A stretch of DNA of 64,000 bases from Enoplolaimus lenunculus (GCA_030248215.1 JASANG010002859.1:372001-436000), one strand, 5' to 3'. Shown: positions 25,592 through 38,146, numbered from the stretch's first letter. Notes: generated by a model not told the origin, from the sequence alone. Made by a program: numbers and translations.

Positions 25592-26260
25592 TGTGAGCGA
25601 TCCTCACCGCTGATGCCTAAACGGTAAAGACATAGCCGGGTAATGACATACCCGTGGACTTAGGCTATTTCTTCGGATAGTTACCTCAGCAGACAAAAGA
25701 GAATAAAACTGGTTTTCCTCTTTGGAGGAAAATCTGGAGGAAAATCCAAGAAAAGAGAGAATAACGATTTCGATCTGGATTAAGACCAGTTTTAATATAA
25801 CATTATTATAAGAGCAAAATAACAAGTATTTTGCTCAGAAGAAAACTTGTTTTGATCCTAGATTGGATTTTCATGTGTATTGATCATTGTTGATTCAATT
25901 CAGTCTGTATTTTATGCTGTTCTGTTGCGGTAGCAATTTTCCGAGATTTTAGAATGAATTCAGATTGTTCTGAAATGTTTTTCTTTATGAAACATTAGTG
26001 TTGCATTAGTTTTCTTTTGGAATTCAAACCTAATTTCAATTTAGTTTTCAATCATTAGCATTGAAAACTAATCGTATTGGTATTCGTAAGTTGTGTCTTT
26101 CTTATTCTTACTTATTCGTATTAATATGTTATATTACTTGTCATTAAAGCTTAACCTTAGTTGCGTTTATTAGCGAGTTCGACGGGCTTCTGAGTTCTAA
26201 ATCGGAGATCGAAACCCTTGTTAAGGCTGGAATTGGATGAACTCGCCCAGTCCCCTAACA
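25592..26260. mobile_element. Possible solo LTR
   Basis: TGTGAGCG...CCCTAACA (TG..CA, imperfect inverted ends) with ATTAAA about 115 bp from the right end; no convincing TSD. Confidence 0.3.
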
Positions 26261-26308
26261 ATACTATTACTTAGACCCATGTCTACTAAGATATGCCTAG
26301 TTAACAAA

Positions 26309-26510
26309 CCCTTTCACTTATACAGTATACTATGAGCAACTAAATACAATAATGTACGAGCAATACACACGCTGTGAACAGAGTTTAATATTTATAACAT
26401 ATATGCGCAGTGTAAAATCTCTACAAGACGTGACAGCCCCCTCGGGCTCGAGTGTCAAGCTCCTATAGCTGAGTAATCATCGTAAACGCCTACCACCCGT
26501 GAGACCGGGG
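26309..26510 (+). mobile_element. piggyBac/tRNA MITE, divergent truncated copy
   Basis: CCCTTTCAC start; GCTCCTATAGCTGAGT and CGCCTACCACCCGTGAGACCGGGG (tRNA-Gly-like); cut before the B box. Confidence 0.65.
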
Positions 26511-26709
26511 AAAAAATTGCGTTTCATAACTTTTGCCAGCCCGCCTACCAGTGAAAACTTTTTAGATCCGTGCTGTGCCCACATTTTACTTTCTAAGTGT
26601 GTGTAATTTAAGGCGTATTCCATCCGATTGGAGTCTATCCCTCACTCCGATAAAATTTCTATAAACCTTACATAAGAAGGTCCAAGACTAGTTGATAACG
26701 TTACAAACA

Positions 26710-26859
26710 TAGGCCCGTAGCCAGCTCACCTTGCTAGGAGGGCTAACAATTTTTCAGGAGGGGCATTTAAACGTTTTAATGACTAACAAGCCAGATTGAA
26801 AATGTTCTAGGGGGGCTGAGCCCACCCCCTCCCCTGGCCTGGTCTTGAGTACAAGCCCG
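26710..26859. mobile_element. hAT-type MITE (GGCCCGTAGCCAG family)
   Basis: TSD tacaaaca/tccaaaca. Confidence 0.75.
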
Positions 26860-27371
26860 TCCAAACATATCACTTCAGTTAGTTAATATGAGCATAATTT
26901 TTAAATCACCTATTGGTTAGTTACATTTGGCCATTGCGTAATATCTAAATTGTAATATTTTTAGACAACTGAATCTTAAAGCGGGTTTTTCTGAATAGAA
27001 CATTTGTCTACTAACAGCGGTTTTGTGTTGATTTTTTCCGTGAATTTTGCCACAGCTCAAAATATAGCATTTCTTTAGTGTTCAATATTATTTCCGTTTC
27101 GGCTATTGTTAATTCTGTGCAATTTTAATATATTATCTCACTCTAGTGTATCAAACAATGACTCGAGCGAAAATGTGTAGGCCGAGTGCTGAGAGGAGCG
27201 CTCTTAAATTGACGCAACACACGACATCGTGGTTTTGTTAGAGTATTTCAACGAACTAAATTGAGTCTTAAATACGAATTCGAAAGTGTGGTTATACAGG
27301 AAGGTTTAACGCTTGCAAATTTCCAACTAAACAGCACGTTTTGAACTTGTGACATTCGAAGTTGATAAGTA

Positions 27372-27981
27372 CTGTATTGACCCGAATAAGAGTGGGGTAA
27401 TAAGAGATGGGGGTCACCATTTTGGGTACGAATCAACAGGAGTCCGTATCCCTAATAACAGTCCGTAAGTGGATAGAGTCCCTAAACCCTAATTAGAATC
27501 CATAAATGTCAATTATCCCTAATTGTAGCGTATAAATGACTCCAGGACCAAATAATTTGAGTTCGAAACTTTAAAGCGTACTTAAAGTTTGAAAGTACAT
27601 TCCTAAGCATAACATTGTATTATCGCTCAAGCTATTGACACAAGACAAATAAAAGTTTAATTCAACGGATAATTGCAGTACCGGATATATATCAGTAACG
27701 AAGGGCAGCGGAGCCTGAGTTGAAAATAAATAACAGTCCGTAACAACATGGGGAACCCTCTGGAAAGGCCAAATAAATATCAGACCGTTGGGCTGATTAA
27801 GGTGAAAATTTTGCCGGGCCGTTGAGGGTTAACGGATAATTGCAGTATCGGATATATCAGTAACGAAGGGCGGCGGAGCGTGGGTTAAAAATAAATAACA
27901 GTTCGTAGCCGAATAACAAGGGGGTACCCTCTGCAGAGGCCAAATAAATATCAGTCCCCCCTCTTATTCGGGTCAACACAG
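27372..27981. mobile_element. Tc1/mariner-type MITE with duplicated end
   Basis: About 130 bp of the interior (27665-27785) recurs at 27833-27955 after a short insert ending GAGGGTTAA. Confidence 0.8.
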
Positions 27982-28380
27982 TGAAACTTTGTGTTAGTGT
28001 GTAACCGGTACGGTTATGCATCGTTCACAATAAAAAATTTCATTTTGATACCGAAAACATTATAAAGTAGAGTTAACACGTGTCAATTTTCAAAATTGTC
28101 ATGCGTTAACCCCTAACATAAACGCAAAAATTACGTTAACCCTACCCTAACGCGTTTTACAAGATGCTGTGTGACACGTATTATGATAGGCTGTGACATG
28201 TGCTAGGGTAGGGTTAACGCAAAGTACCGATGATATCAATAGGATACCGATACTTTTCTTGTATACCATACCTGAAAGTTTTTAAATTGTAAATATCTAT
28301 CTCCATGACTGATGCAAATATTACCTGTTCGCATGCTCAGAAATCTAGCATTCTCAGAAGTTAGTAACATAAGCTGCTGC

Positions 28381-28733
28381 CACTAGCGTATCCAGAGGGA
28401 GGGGCGGAATGGGGCGTACGCCCCCTATCAGAAATTTATTTGTGTTAAAATGGTAAGCTCCCTACCTTACAATTTTCACCCTCAGAAAATTTTTTCTAAA
28501 AACAATTTTTCCCGCAGAATTTTTTTGTGATAAAATGGTAAGGTCCCTCTACCTTACAATTTTTACAATTTTCCCTGCACAATTTTTGTGATAAAATAGT
28601 AAGGTCCCTACCGTACAATTTTTTGCCCTCAGAAAGTTTTTGGCGACAAAATGGTAAGGTCTCTAAATTACAATTTTTGCGTTTTATAACATTTGCCAGC
28701 CCACCCCGTCAGAAATTTTTGGATCCGCCTCTG
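28381..28733. mobile_element. hAT-type MITE with internal tandem repeats
   Basis: Perfect 8-bp TSD GCTGCTGC; repeated TGATAAAATGGTAAGGTCCCTACCTTACAATTTT-like units; relative at 50593-50851. Confidence 0.85.
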
Positions 28734-29138
28734 GCTGCTGCATTCCAGCATTTAATCTTCTGTCATTTTACTGCTTGTATTTGCCATCTTTGCAAATCAA
28801 ATTATTTTTCGAAGCCTTTTAATGTCAGTAATAATCTCTTAAGGTTTCGTGCCTGCAAGCTCCTGTAAAATGTCTCTTACAATGCAAAAAGGCGACGAAC
28901 GAACGAACCAAACCAGTGTCTCCTGCAATTTTTCACTGCCGTCACTACCCGTTTACCCGGGTACGAATGAAAGGGTATGGGTAGAGGTAAAGCACAACGA
29001 GTGCTGGTACATTTTGTACTACGCGAAATCAGACAGTTGCACATTCTTGTTCAAGATTAGGTTTGACAATAACGCTTCGGAAATACGTACTTGCAGCTGA
29101 ACGCTACACGATATAGTGACACTGGCAAGTTCTTGGTA

Positions 29139-30412
29139 CAAGTCATGTTGTGGCCTATGCCTAGGGCTCAAAGCGAAGAGCAAGATTTTAAGGCCCATGT
29201 ATAGAACAGGGCCAGATCGTTTTACGGTGGCGCTGTAATAGAGTGAGTTTAAACTTTAGATTAACTTTACAAGCTTAGGCTTAGGTTTAGGTTTTGGTGC
29301 AAGTCTTGTTGTGGCCTATGACCAGTCGTAGTGGGACTACATTTAATGAGCGAAGCTCGAACGCACGTAAGCAATTAAGGTAATATGCAAATTAGTTGTT
29401 AGCTAACTATTCATTTATCGGTTTTGGAGGTTTGTAAACAATTTATTCAGATTCTTCGCACCCAAAAACCTTCAGTAAACCGTAATAATTATTGAAATAA
29501 TTTAAAAAGTCCTAGTTTTGTCTTGTCAATTAAGCTAATATGCAAATTAACTGTTAGCTAACTATTCAATTATCGGTTTGGGATGTTTGTAAACTATTTA
29601 TTCAAATTCCTCGCACCAAAAACCCTTTAGTGCTGAAATTATATTGCTTTTAACCTTAATAACCTTAATAATTAGTGAAATATTGTAAAAAGTCCTAATT
29701 TAGGCTTATAAACTATGCTAATATGCAAATTATCTATTAGCTAACTGCTCAATTATCGGTTTTAGAGGTTTGTAAACAGTCTACGCAGATTCCTCGCACC
29801 GAAAAACCCTTTAATGCGAAAATTAGATTGCTTCTAACTGTAATAATTAGTGAAATATTGTGGAAAGTCCTAATTTAGGCTTAATTAATTATGCAAATTA
29901 GCCTGTAGCTAATAAACAGCTCAAAATTTTAAAACCCCAATGCGAGGTTAACACTCCAATATGATTTGCTTTCAAACAAAAAAAGATTATTAAAATCGGT
30001 TCAGCCGTTCCTGAGATTCTTTTCGGACGGACAGACGGACAGACGGACGGACGGACATCCACCTTTCGACCCCCAAGTACAAACTCCGAGCTTCGCTCAA
30101 CTAGGGCTCAAAGCGAAGAGTAAGATTTTAAGGCCCATGTATAGAACAGGGCCAGATCGTTTTACGGTGGCGCTGTAATAGAGTGAGTTTAAGCTTTAGA
30201 CTAACTTTATAAGCTTAGGCTTAGGTTTAGGCTTTAGTGCAAGTCATGTTGTGGCCTATGACTAGGGTTCAAAGCGAAGAGTAAGATTTTAAGGCCCATG
30301 TATAGAACAGGGCCAGATCGTTTTACGGTGGTGCCGTAATAGAGTGAGTTTAAGCTTTAGACTAACTTTATCCGCTTAGGCTTAGTTTTAAGCTTAGGCT
30401 TAGGCTTAGGCT
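29139..30412. repeat. Three tandem 161-bp units (flank plus TTAGGC-MITE arm), second unit interrupted
   Basis: CAAGTC(A/T)TGTTGTGGCCTATG at 29139, 29300 and 30240; each unit contains GGCCCATGTATAGAACAGGGCCAGATC. Confidence 0.9.
29322..30100 (-). mobile_element. DINE-1/HINE-like non-autonomous Helentron derivative
   Basis: Subterminal inverted repeats TGAGCGAAGCTCG (29347) / CGAGCTTCGCTCA (30087). Terminal stem-loop GTAGT-GGG-ACTAC (29328-29340). GGAC/AGAC microsatellite at 30025-30058. Central about 160-180 bp tandem repeats. Confidence 0.8.
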
Positions 30413-30453
30413 ATTGGCTGATTTTAATTTGAGACTGAGCAAATCTAAAAGTA

Positions 30454-30611
30454 CACTGCAAAAAATGATGAGTCATATTGACTCGTTCCGCAATAGGCTT
30501 TGTCAGTGAGCCGAATTTGACTTTGGCGGAGTCGAATTCTGACTCAGTTTGTGTAGTCCGAAAGAGCCTATTTCGGAGAGAGTCAATTTGACTCACCATT
30601 TTTTTGCAGTG
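30454..30611. mobile_element. CACTG-family MITE
   Basis: TA-CACTGCAAAAAA...TTTTTTGCAGTG-TA. Confidence 0.85.
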
Positions 30612-30999
30612 TACCAATGCTTTACGATCGTCAACTCAATTCAAAACAACAATACAGCACAAGTGAATGAACATTTGCAGATACTTAATTTTTGCTGCGA
30701 AATAATCACAAAACAATTCTAATGCATATATAATTAGAACTCACAATTGCGTTCAATCAAGCGAAATGGGTCATATTTACATAATTATTTGACTTTGGTC
30801 TTGTCTCCGTTAAAAAATGTAATACTTTTATTCATCATATTTTACTTCATTTGCTAGCAAAAATTTATTTAACTGAATCACAAATGAACAATGAACCAGG
30901 GTGATATAACGAACCACGTGCTTCAAGTATATTTTTTTCTTGGTGAGGTTAGGGCCCATATTCTCCAATGTGTGTAGCACCTATCATTAGTTAGTTATA

Positions 31000-31233
31000 C
31001 ACTCAAAATAATATTTCTGATATTTAAGAAAAACTTTCTTACATTTAAGAAATATAATTAGCAAGGTGCATTTGAAAAGTGTTTCTGTTATAACAGAAAA
31101 ATTTACAAAAAAGTTTTCAAATTAAGTCTGAAAATAAACGTTTTCCAGTTATTTTTAGAGAAATCGTCTTAAATATTAGAAAACCTTTTCAGATTTGCCA
31201 CAGAAAATACTTTTCTGAATAAATTCAGAAATA
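31000..31233 (+). mobile_element. CACTC-family AT-rich MITE (end missing)
   Basis: Collinear with 41997-42243. Confidence 0.7.
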
Positions 31234-33582
31234 CAACGAACTGCTGCAATTGCAGATCTCAAAATTTGCAGACTAGCAGAGAAAATCGCAAGTAATCTAT
31301 GTGCTGAATTGCAAACCTCACCATTTCGTGGTTCGAACGTTGCTGTGGTTGGCTCTGCCACTCTTAAACCTTTTTCAAACTAAAAACTAAAACATACATT
31401 AAAACCAAATATCAAAACCACACCTTAAGGGAGTCCCTGGCTTCACCTAGTCCCTCTTAGAACTTAAGTTAGGCTTAGGCGTGGCTACAAGGTATAAAAA
31501 TTGTTAAAATCGATGCTGTGGCGGCTGTGTCCGCAATGTGAATCTTACCTGGGCCCTGCGTGGCCATTGAATAGTGTCGCATATCGGGCTGGCTATTTTT
31601 GCGGATAACGACATAGCTAGGCTATGTCAGCACCGAAATGGTGCTTTGTTATTGGTTGTTGTTGTAACATTATTGTTGTTGTTGTTGTAGAAAGGAGTGT
31701 ACAGGGTGTGTGGCTCTGGACCTCAACCGCATAGCGGACACCCAATTGTGGGTGTCGGCGAAATGCAAATGAGATCGAGATGCAAAAGGGGTAGCCAGGA
31801 CCGGAATCAGTATTGATCTTGGGGTAGTGAGAAACGGTTGGTTATCGGTTTTGCTGGAAGTGTGCGTATAATACATAGTTTTCGAGTTTGCGTTTGTGAA
31901 CATTGTTTAAAGCGGAAGGCTATTGGGTAAGTAAGGTTTAGTTGAATTCGTGTAAGAATAGTCACGGTGGCCTAAAATGTGAAGGAAACCACGGTGTACA
32001 GGCTTAACCGGAGTAGCGCAAGGCGCAGGTTTACCCAGTATCGGATACTGGTGTCATGTGTTAAAGGAAAACTTGGGAATTGCCGGAGAACCTGGGAAAA
32101 GTAGTTTAATAAATCTAACGGGGTTAGATTTATTATTCTATAACGGATTGGGCCAAATCTAACGGGGTTAGATTGGTCGGAAATTTGGTGTAACTCTAAC
32201 GGGGTTAGTGTGCACGGTTTATCAGGGTGTAATTCTAACAGGGTTAGAACTGCACGGACTCTGGAAAATAACAGGAATATTGGTAACGGTAAAACCAGTG
32301 GCTGGATTAAAACAGATTCAGGCGTCGGCTTTAAGGATTCCGGCTCAGGTTGCCAGTTAAATTACATAACCTGTGATTTACTGGTAGTGTTAATTGGTGT
32401 TATACAGGATTTGAGTTGGGTTTCAGTAAACATTTACCGGCCGCGTTTACTAAATCAGAGCGATAAGCGGACATCGAGGAAAGAACTGCATAAAGGAGAT
32501 ACAGGATACAGGGTCTAGTCAAAATCACGAACTTCTCACAATTACAAAGCCTATCATCAACTGGTAATAGCTGCTACACACATTTGAGAATACGGGCTAT
32601 GATTTTAAAATAGACCGGCCCAAAGTCAGTTCAACATACACAGTGGTTTACATTTTAAGTTTTGAATAAGAACATGTGTCAATTTCTCAATAGCGAACCT
32701 AAAATTTTCTAAACGGGCTGATCGTGTTGTTGTGTCACTGACTAAAGGCCGGCCTACACACAGTTGGCTTTCTGTGAAATTTCTACTATCAAAAACTAAT
32801 CAAAATATACCGTTGCGGCGTTATATATCACTTCAATTAATGTATCAACATACTCGTTTAATGTGGTCCCTAATTATTGATTACACATAATTATGAGCCC
32901 AAACTTTAGCTGGAACAAATTTTTTAAACTTACGCTATCGAATTTTATATAAGATTTGTGAAACCGACCTGATGTACTAAGCGAATAGCGGTTCGAAAAA
33001 TTCATACAAGGATTTAAGCTCGCTTGTCGCTCTATTACCAATCACATCTCTAGACATCCATTAATAAGACATCCGGTATTTCCGCGGATGGCAATAGAGT
33101 TGGCTTAAGTTTCAAGCTATTTCTTTGATCTGGCTCAGGTTTAGCTTTAATTTTTTTATTTTAACGCTTAAACTAACACCGAAATTTTAGGAACGTGCTC
33201 AGAGTACTATTACACCCTAAAAGGAACATTGGCCGCTATTCAAATTAGAATTTTTCAACAAAGTTTGGTTGCAGTCTCAGGGGATTAATAGTGAAGTTTC
33301 GTTTACGTTATGTATACATGATATACATAATAGGTAATTTTAAATGTAGCTTGCTAAACCAAAATTAGGCTAAAAATAACGATAAAGCCAAATTAAGGAA
33401 CAATCTTTAACAGCGTTCAAACAGTATCATTGCGGCCCTAAGCTTTAGACTAATTTTATGCTTAGGCTTAGGCTTAGGCTTAGGAATAGGCTGATCCATA
33501 CGCTTAGGCTTATGCTTAGGCTTAGGAATATACTTATACTACTGTTCCGGCCCTGTTCTATACATGAGCCTACACCGATAGC

Positions 33583-33761
33583 GGTTCATGTTACTTTAAG
33601 GGGTGTCCAGGTTTCTGGTGGGTCCATAAAAGAGTAGGTTTAGATTCAAGATTATATTTGTTTGCTTATACTTAGGCTTAGGCTAAGGCTTAGGAACACA
33701 TTTTTTGCTACGCTTAGGCTTTAGGCTTAGGAATACGACGCCCCTTAAAGTAACATTAGGT
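33583..33761. mobile_element. TTAGGC-MITE subfamily C
   Basis: GG..CATGTTACTTTAAGGGG ends; TSD ccgatagc/tcgatagc; adjacent to a partial subfamily A copy (33440-33570). Confidence 0.75.
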
Positions 33762-33928
33762 TCGATAGCGATGATTTATAAGTTATGTCTGAGTTGTTTC
33801 GTGCTTGACGTAGATTAGAATGGTATGACAAAAATGACAGACGAGTTAAATTGTGGGGCATTTATCTCTGCTCCTATCAACTTTTTTTGAATTAGAGACT
33901 TAAAATATTAAAATTCGTAGAAAACTTT

Positions 33929-34202
33929 GGCCAATGTAAAGAACACGGCCGGAACAGTCTTATAAACATATTCCTAAGCCTAAGCCTAAGCCTAAGCGTA
34001 AGAATGAGCATATTCCCAAGCCTAATCCTAAGCCTAAGCGTAAGAATGAGTATATTTCAAAGCCTAATCCTAAGCCTAAGCGTAAGACTGAGCCTATTCC
34101 TAAGCCTAAGCCTAAGCCAAGCAAAAAAATTAGTCTAAAGCTTAAACTTACTCTATTGCAGTCCCACAGAAAAACGTTCCGCCCCTGATCTTTACATGGG
34201 CG
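33929..34202. mobile_element. TTAGGC-MITE subfamily B
   Basis: Both arms; three GCGTAAGAATGAGCATATTC-type spacers. Confidence 0.85.
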
Positions 34203-34696
34203 GAAACTTCTATTTAAAATTTTCAAACGTGGAACTCTGATATCTAAGGCTTTATTTTACAAGCGTCTAAAGATTAAACAGGTTTATTGAAGAGACCCTA
34301 TAAAATAAACAGTTTAAGATCCATCAAATGCCGCTAATTATACAATCTAAAATACGTACAAGACGCAAACTTAAGTTGGAGTATTTTTGATGATTTATAC
34401 CAAATCTAAATAATATAATATATGCGAAACAATTAATTTACAACATAAAATTAAAAATCCGTAAATGAGTTCTTAAATATAACACAACTATTTCTTTAAA
34501 ATAAGAAATATGTGTCTTATAAATTAGAAACAATGATGTCTTAATATTATGTCCAAACAAAGTGGCTGTTCAGGATCTTCCCACGCGGTTCTCACAAACT
34601 TCGACTTGGCTTTTTTACAAACCAAAGTCGCTATGTTTCTACAGTCAGTGTCCTAAAAGTTCAGCAGCCTGGAAAAATATGTTTTATAAGTAATTC

Positions 34697-34882
34697 GGCC
34701 CATGTATAGAACAGGTTCGGATCGTTTTGCGGAGGGGCTATAAATAGAGTCAGTTTAAGCTTTAGATTAATTTTTTGCTTAGGCTTAGGCTTAGACTTTA
34801 AGTTTAGAAATAGGCTCATCCATACGCTTAGGCTTAGGAATATGCTTATACTACTGTTCCGGATCTGTTCTATACATGGGCC
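34697..34882. mobile_element. TTAGGC-MITE subfamily A
   Basis: Perfect TSD AGTAATTC. Confidence 0.92.
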
Positions 34883-35258
34883 AGTAATTCAATACTGTTA
34901 AGACTCAGCCATACCGATTGATTTCGAAGATAACAGAGAAATGTCGATAACACAATTTATTCGACTTAATTCTAAGGTTTCTATGCTTCAGTCTGTACAC
35001 TTTTAAGCCACTGTATCGACGGAAGCCTAATCCATGCAGTATTTTCACGCTTGTTTTCAGCATACATCTTGTGCAGGTATTTACACAACGAATATCAAAT
35101 TTCTAGGCATTTGTGGGAAACTTGAAAGTCAAATGACGATTCGAGAATTCTATGTTACTTTAATGGTTTAAGGTCACACGGACGACGAAAACTGCCCGCT
35201 TATTTTGGCAGTTTGCAAGCCGAAGTAGAAATTACAGTCGCTGGACATCAAACACTGC

Positions 35259-35690
35259 CGACAGGAAGCGGATCCGGAATAGGAAATGTAGCAAAATTAC
35301 ACAGTTATTAATGATGAATCGACAGGAAGCGGATCCGGAATCGGAGGTGTAACAAAATTACACAATTATAAATGATGAATCGACAGGAAGCGGATCCGGA
35401 ATCGGAGGTGTAACAAAATTACACAGTTATTAATGATAAATCGACAGGAAGCGGATCCGGAATCGGAGGTGTAACAAAATTACACAGTTATTAATGATTA
35501 ATCGACAGGAAGCGGATCCGGAATCGGAGGTATAACAAAATTACACAGTTATTAATCATGAATCGACAGGAAGCGGATCCGGAATCGGAGGTGTAACAAA
35601 ATTACACAGTTATTAATGATGAATCGACAGGAAGCGGATCCGGAATCGGAGGTGTAGCAAAATTTTACACAGTTAAAAATGATGAATCGT
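35259..35690. repeat. Tandem minisatellite, 61-bp unit x about 7
   Basis: CGACAGGAAGCGGATCCGGAATCGGAGGTGTAACAAAATTACACAGTTATTAATGATGAAT repeated every 61 bp. Confidence 0.95.
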
Positions 35691-36409
35691 GTCAAAAACA
35701 CAAAACACTTTTCGAGTGCTGAAAAACCATTTGTGCTGATGTGTGAAAATAATGTTTTGAAAACGCTAAAAAGCATTTAATACGTATAATAGCGTTTTGA
35801 TACGCAAGCGATTCATTTTTAGAGTTTTTACTCGTACAAAGAGCGTTTTGAAAGAAACTGTTTAACCCTTTCACACATAGAGTATACTATGAGCACGTCC
35901 ATTAAGCTTCCTTCGTCAAAAATTAAACCAAACCACAGTCGTGGGCTGATCTTAGCTTCTGGACTCATAATTAGTAAACCGCAAGGAAACTTGGGACCGA
36001 AAATCTGCATTATTTCCACAAAATACAATAACATTAACATTACTAATTTAACTCTAAGCCGAAACTTTTTGCAATACCAGCTTAGCCGACAATAGCAGCA
36101 TTCTGTTAACTCGTTTTACTAAAGAAACTATGATTATTGTGCTTTTTTGCCATCCTAATAACAATATCGCTTTTGTATGTTAATGCTCTTTTGTACTTGT
36201 AATGTTTACCGGCACTAAGATTTGGTTTCACTTACTCTCTAACTGCTGAATTAGATAACAAGCTTTGAAATAATATTACCAAACGGGTTTTTGAGTTATA
36301 ATACGATTGATCACCCTGACAAATAAAGCGAGAAAGTTGTGACATCGCAACAATTGTCAATTAGGTAATTGACAATTATTAATTTGCAAATTTTTAAGTA
36401 TGCTGTCTC

Positions 36410-36600
36410 GGCCCATGTATAGAACAGGGCCGGAACAGTGGTATAAGCATATTCCTAAGCCTAAGCCTAAGCCTAAGCGTATTGATACGCCTATTCCTAA
36501 GTCTATGCCTAAGCCTAAGCAAAATAATTAGTCTAAAGGTTAAACAGACTCTATTATAGCCTCTCCGGAAAACGATCCAGCCCTGTTCTATAAATGGGCC
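36410..36600. mobile_element. TTAGGC-MITE subfamily A
   Basis: Both TIRs; flanked by an about 60-bp degenerate direct repeat. Confidence 0.85.
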
Positions 36601-37019
36601 ACAACCAATGTCAATTAGTTAATTGGCAAATATTAATTTTCAAATTTTAAGTACGCTGCCTCTTAGGTTTTCTCAGTTTGTGTAGTCAGGAAAAGCCTAT
36701 TTCGGAGACAGTCAATTTGACTCACTATTTTTTACAGTGTAGGCTTACGATAAGACTTTGATTGCGTCGGTCGACAAGTTGTCGTTGTCGGTCGACAAAT
36801 TACCGTCGCGTTACCGTACACGTATGAATTTAGTTGTTTCGTTTTAAACCAATCAGCATCCGTTGTTGAGATAGCTAGCCAGTGTGACAAATAGTGTCGG
36901 GGCAAGCCATATTGGCGACATGGCTCAATTTGTGTCGTACCTACGACATATGTACTGATTCTTTTAGGTATCGACAAAAATATTTGAACGGTTTCTGAGA
37001 TGTGCTTTTTCTTGTTTAA

Positions 37020-37282
37020 CCCTTTATCACATGAATGGTTTCTATTTTAACTGAGACCTACTTTTATGCTAGGATTCGAACTCCAGTGACTGGAGTGGGA
37101 GGCGTATACCATCACCATTGAGCTATAGGAGCTTGACGCTCGAGCCTGAGGGGGCTCTCACGTCTTGTGGTGAATTAGTACTATGTATACGTGTTGCAAT
37201 TGTTAAATACTGCGCGATATATACTATTTAACATATATACACTGCGCTGAGTTGCCCATAATCAACTCTATGTAAGAAGGGG
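37020..37282 (-). mobile_element. piggyBac/tRNA MITE, full copy
   Basis: TTAA on both sides; reverse-complement homologue of 5145-5408 with A and B boxes. Confidence 0.85.
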
Positions 37283-38146
37283 TTAATAGGGTCAACTCTA
37301 TCGTCCTAATTTTCGACTTACCCAAAGTTGTTAGGTTCATGTTGCGACAGCTTTTCAGACCATTGCCCTGTTGTATGGAAAGTCATACAACTCAGTGCCT
37401 TGGCAATAAAGGCTAACCATATTTTGATGGTTTTCGGTTCGCTGGTTAACCACGCAGTATAAATTTTTATGAAAGATTTCTGATGTTTGTTCACTAAACT
37501 ATTAATTAAACGCTACGTTGTCTTTTACACCGTTCTTGTTTTACTTTATAATTATTACAATTTTAATTGTGTGACTTAATTAGAGCAAAACTGTAATTCA
37601 ACACCCGAAAAGTCGAGTTCAGAGTTGTGAACCTAATACAAAATGTACGTGGTATAGGCAGAATTTCATTTTGGATTTGTACCATTTCGCATCAACCGAG
37701 CATACCTGGCGAACAAGAAAAAAATCTGTGACCGGATCCAGCTGATTATTCAAAAAAACCTGTAAAAGTGACTGTTTCGTTTCTCGTATTAATTTCGACA
37801 GGAAATATATCCTGTCTATTCCCCTTGTAGACCCACATGACTCTGCGTTATGCTGTGTAGTATAGAGTTATTGGTCACAGGATAGTCAACTGTTCTTCGG
37901 CGAATATCTAGAAATATGTGGTTGTTTCATATATTTTTTGCGAAATATTGTTGGGATGAAAATCAAGCCAAAGTTGAATTAATCCTGCAAAACCATCAAA
38001 CCCCATTTGTTTTATTTCACTTTTCACCAGACAAAACAGTTTTAGACACAAAACACAGGCAGGAGGGGTCCATTTTTGAGGATGCTCTATTTATAGTTTC
38101 ACCAGAGTTTTTGTTAGATATATCCCGTAATCTTCATATCCCATTG

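Noticed and set aside
35259..35690. 61-bp periodic array as CRISPR
   Set aside because: The whole unit is repeated; there are no variable spacers.
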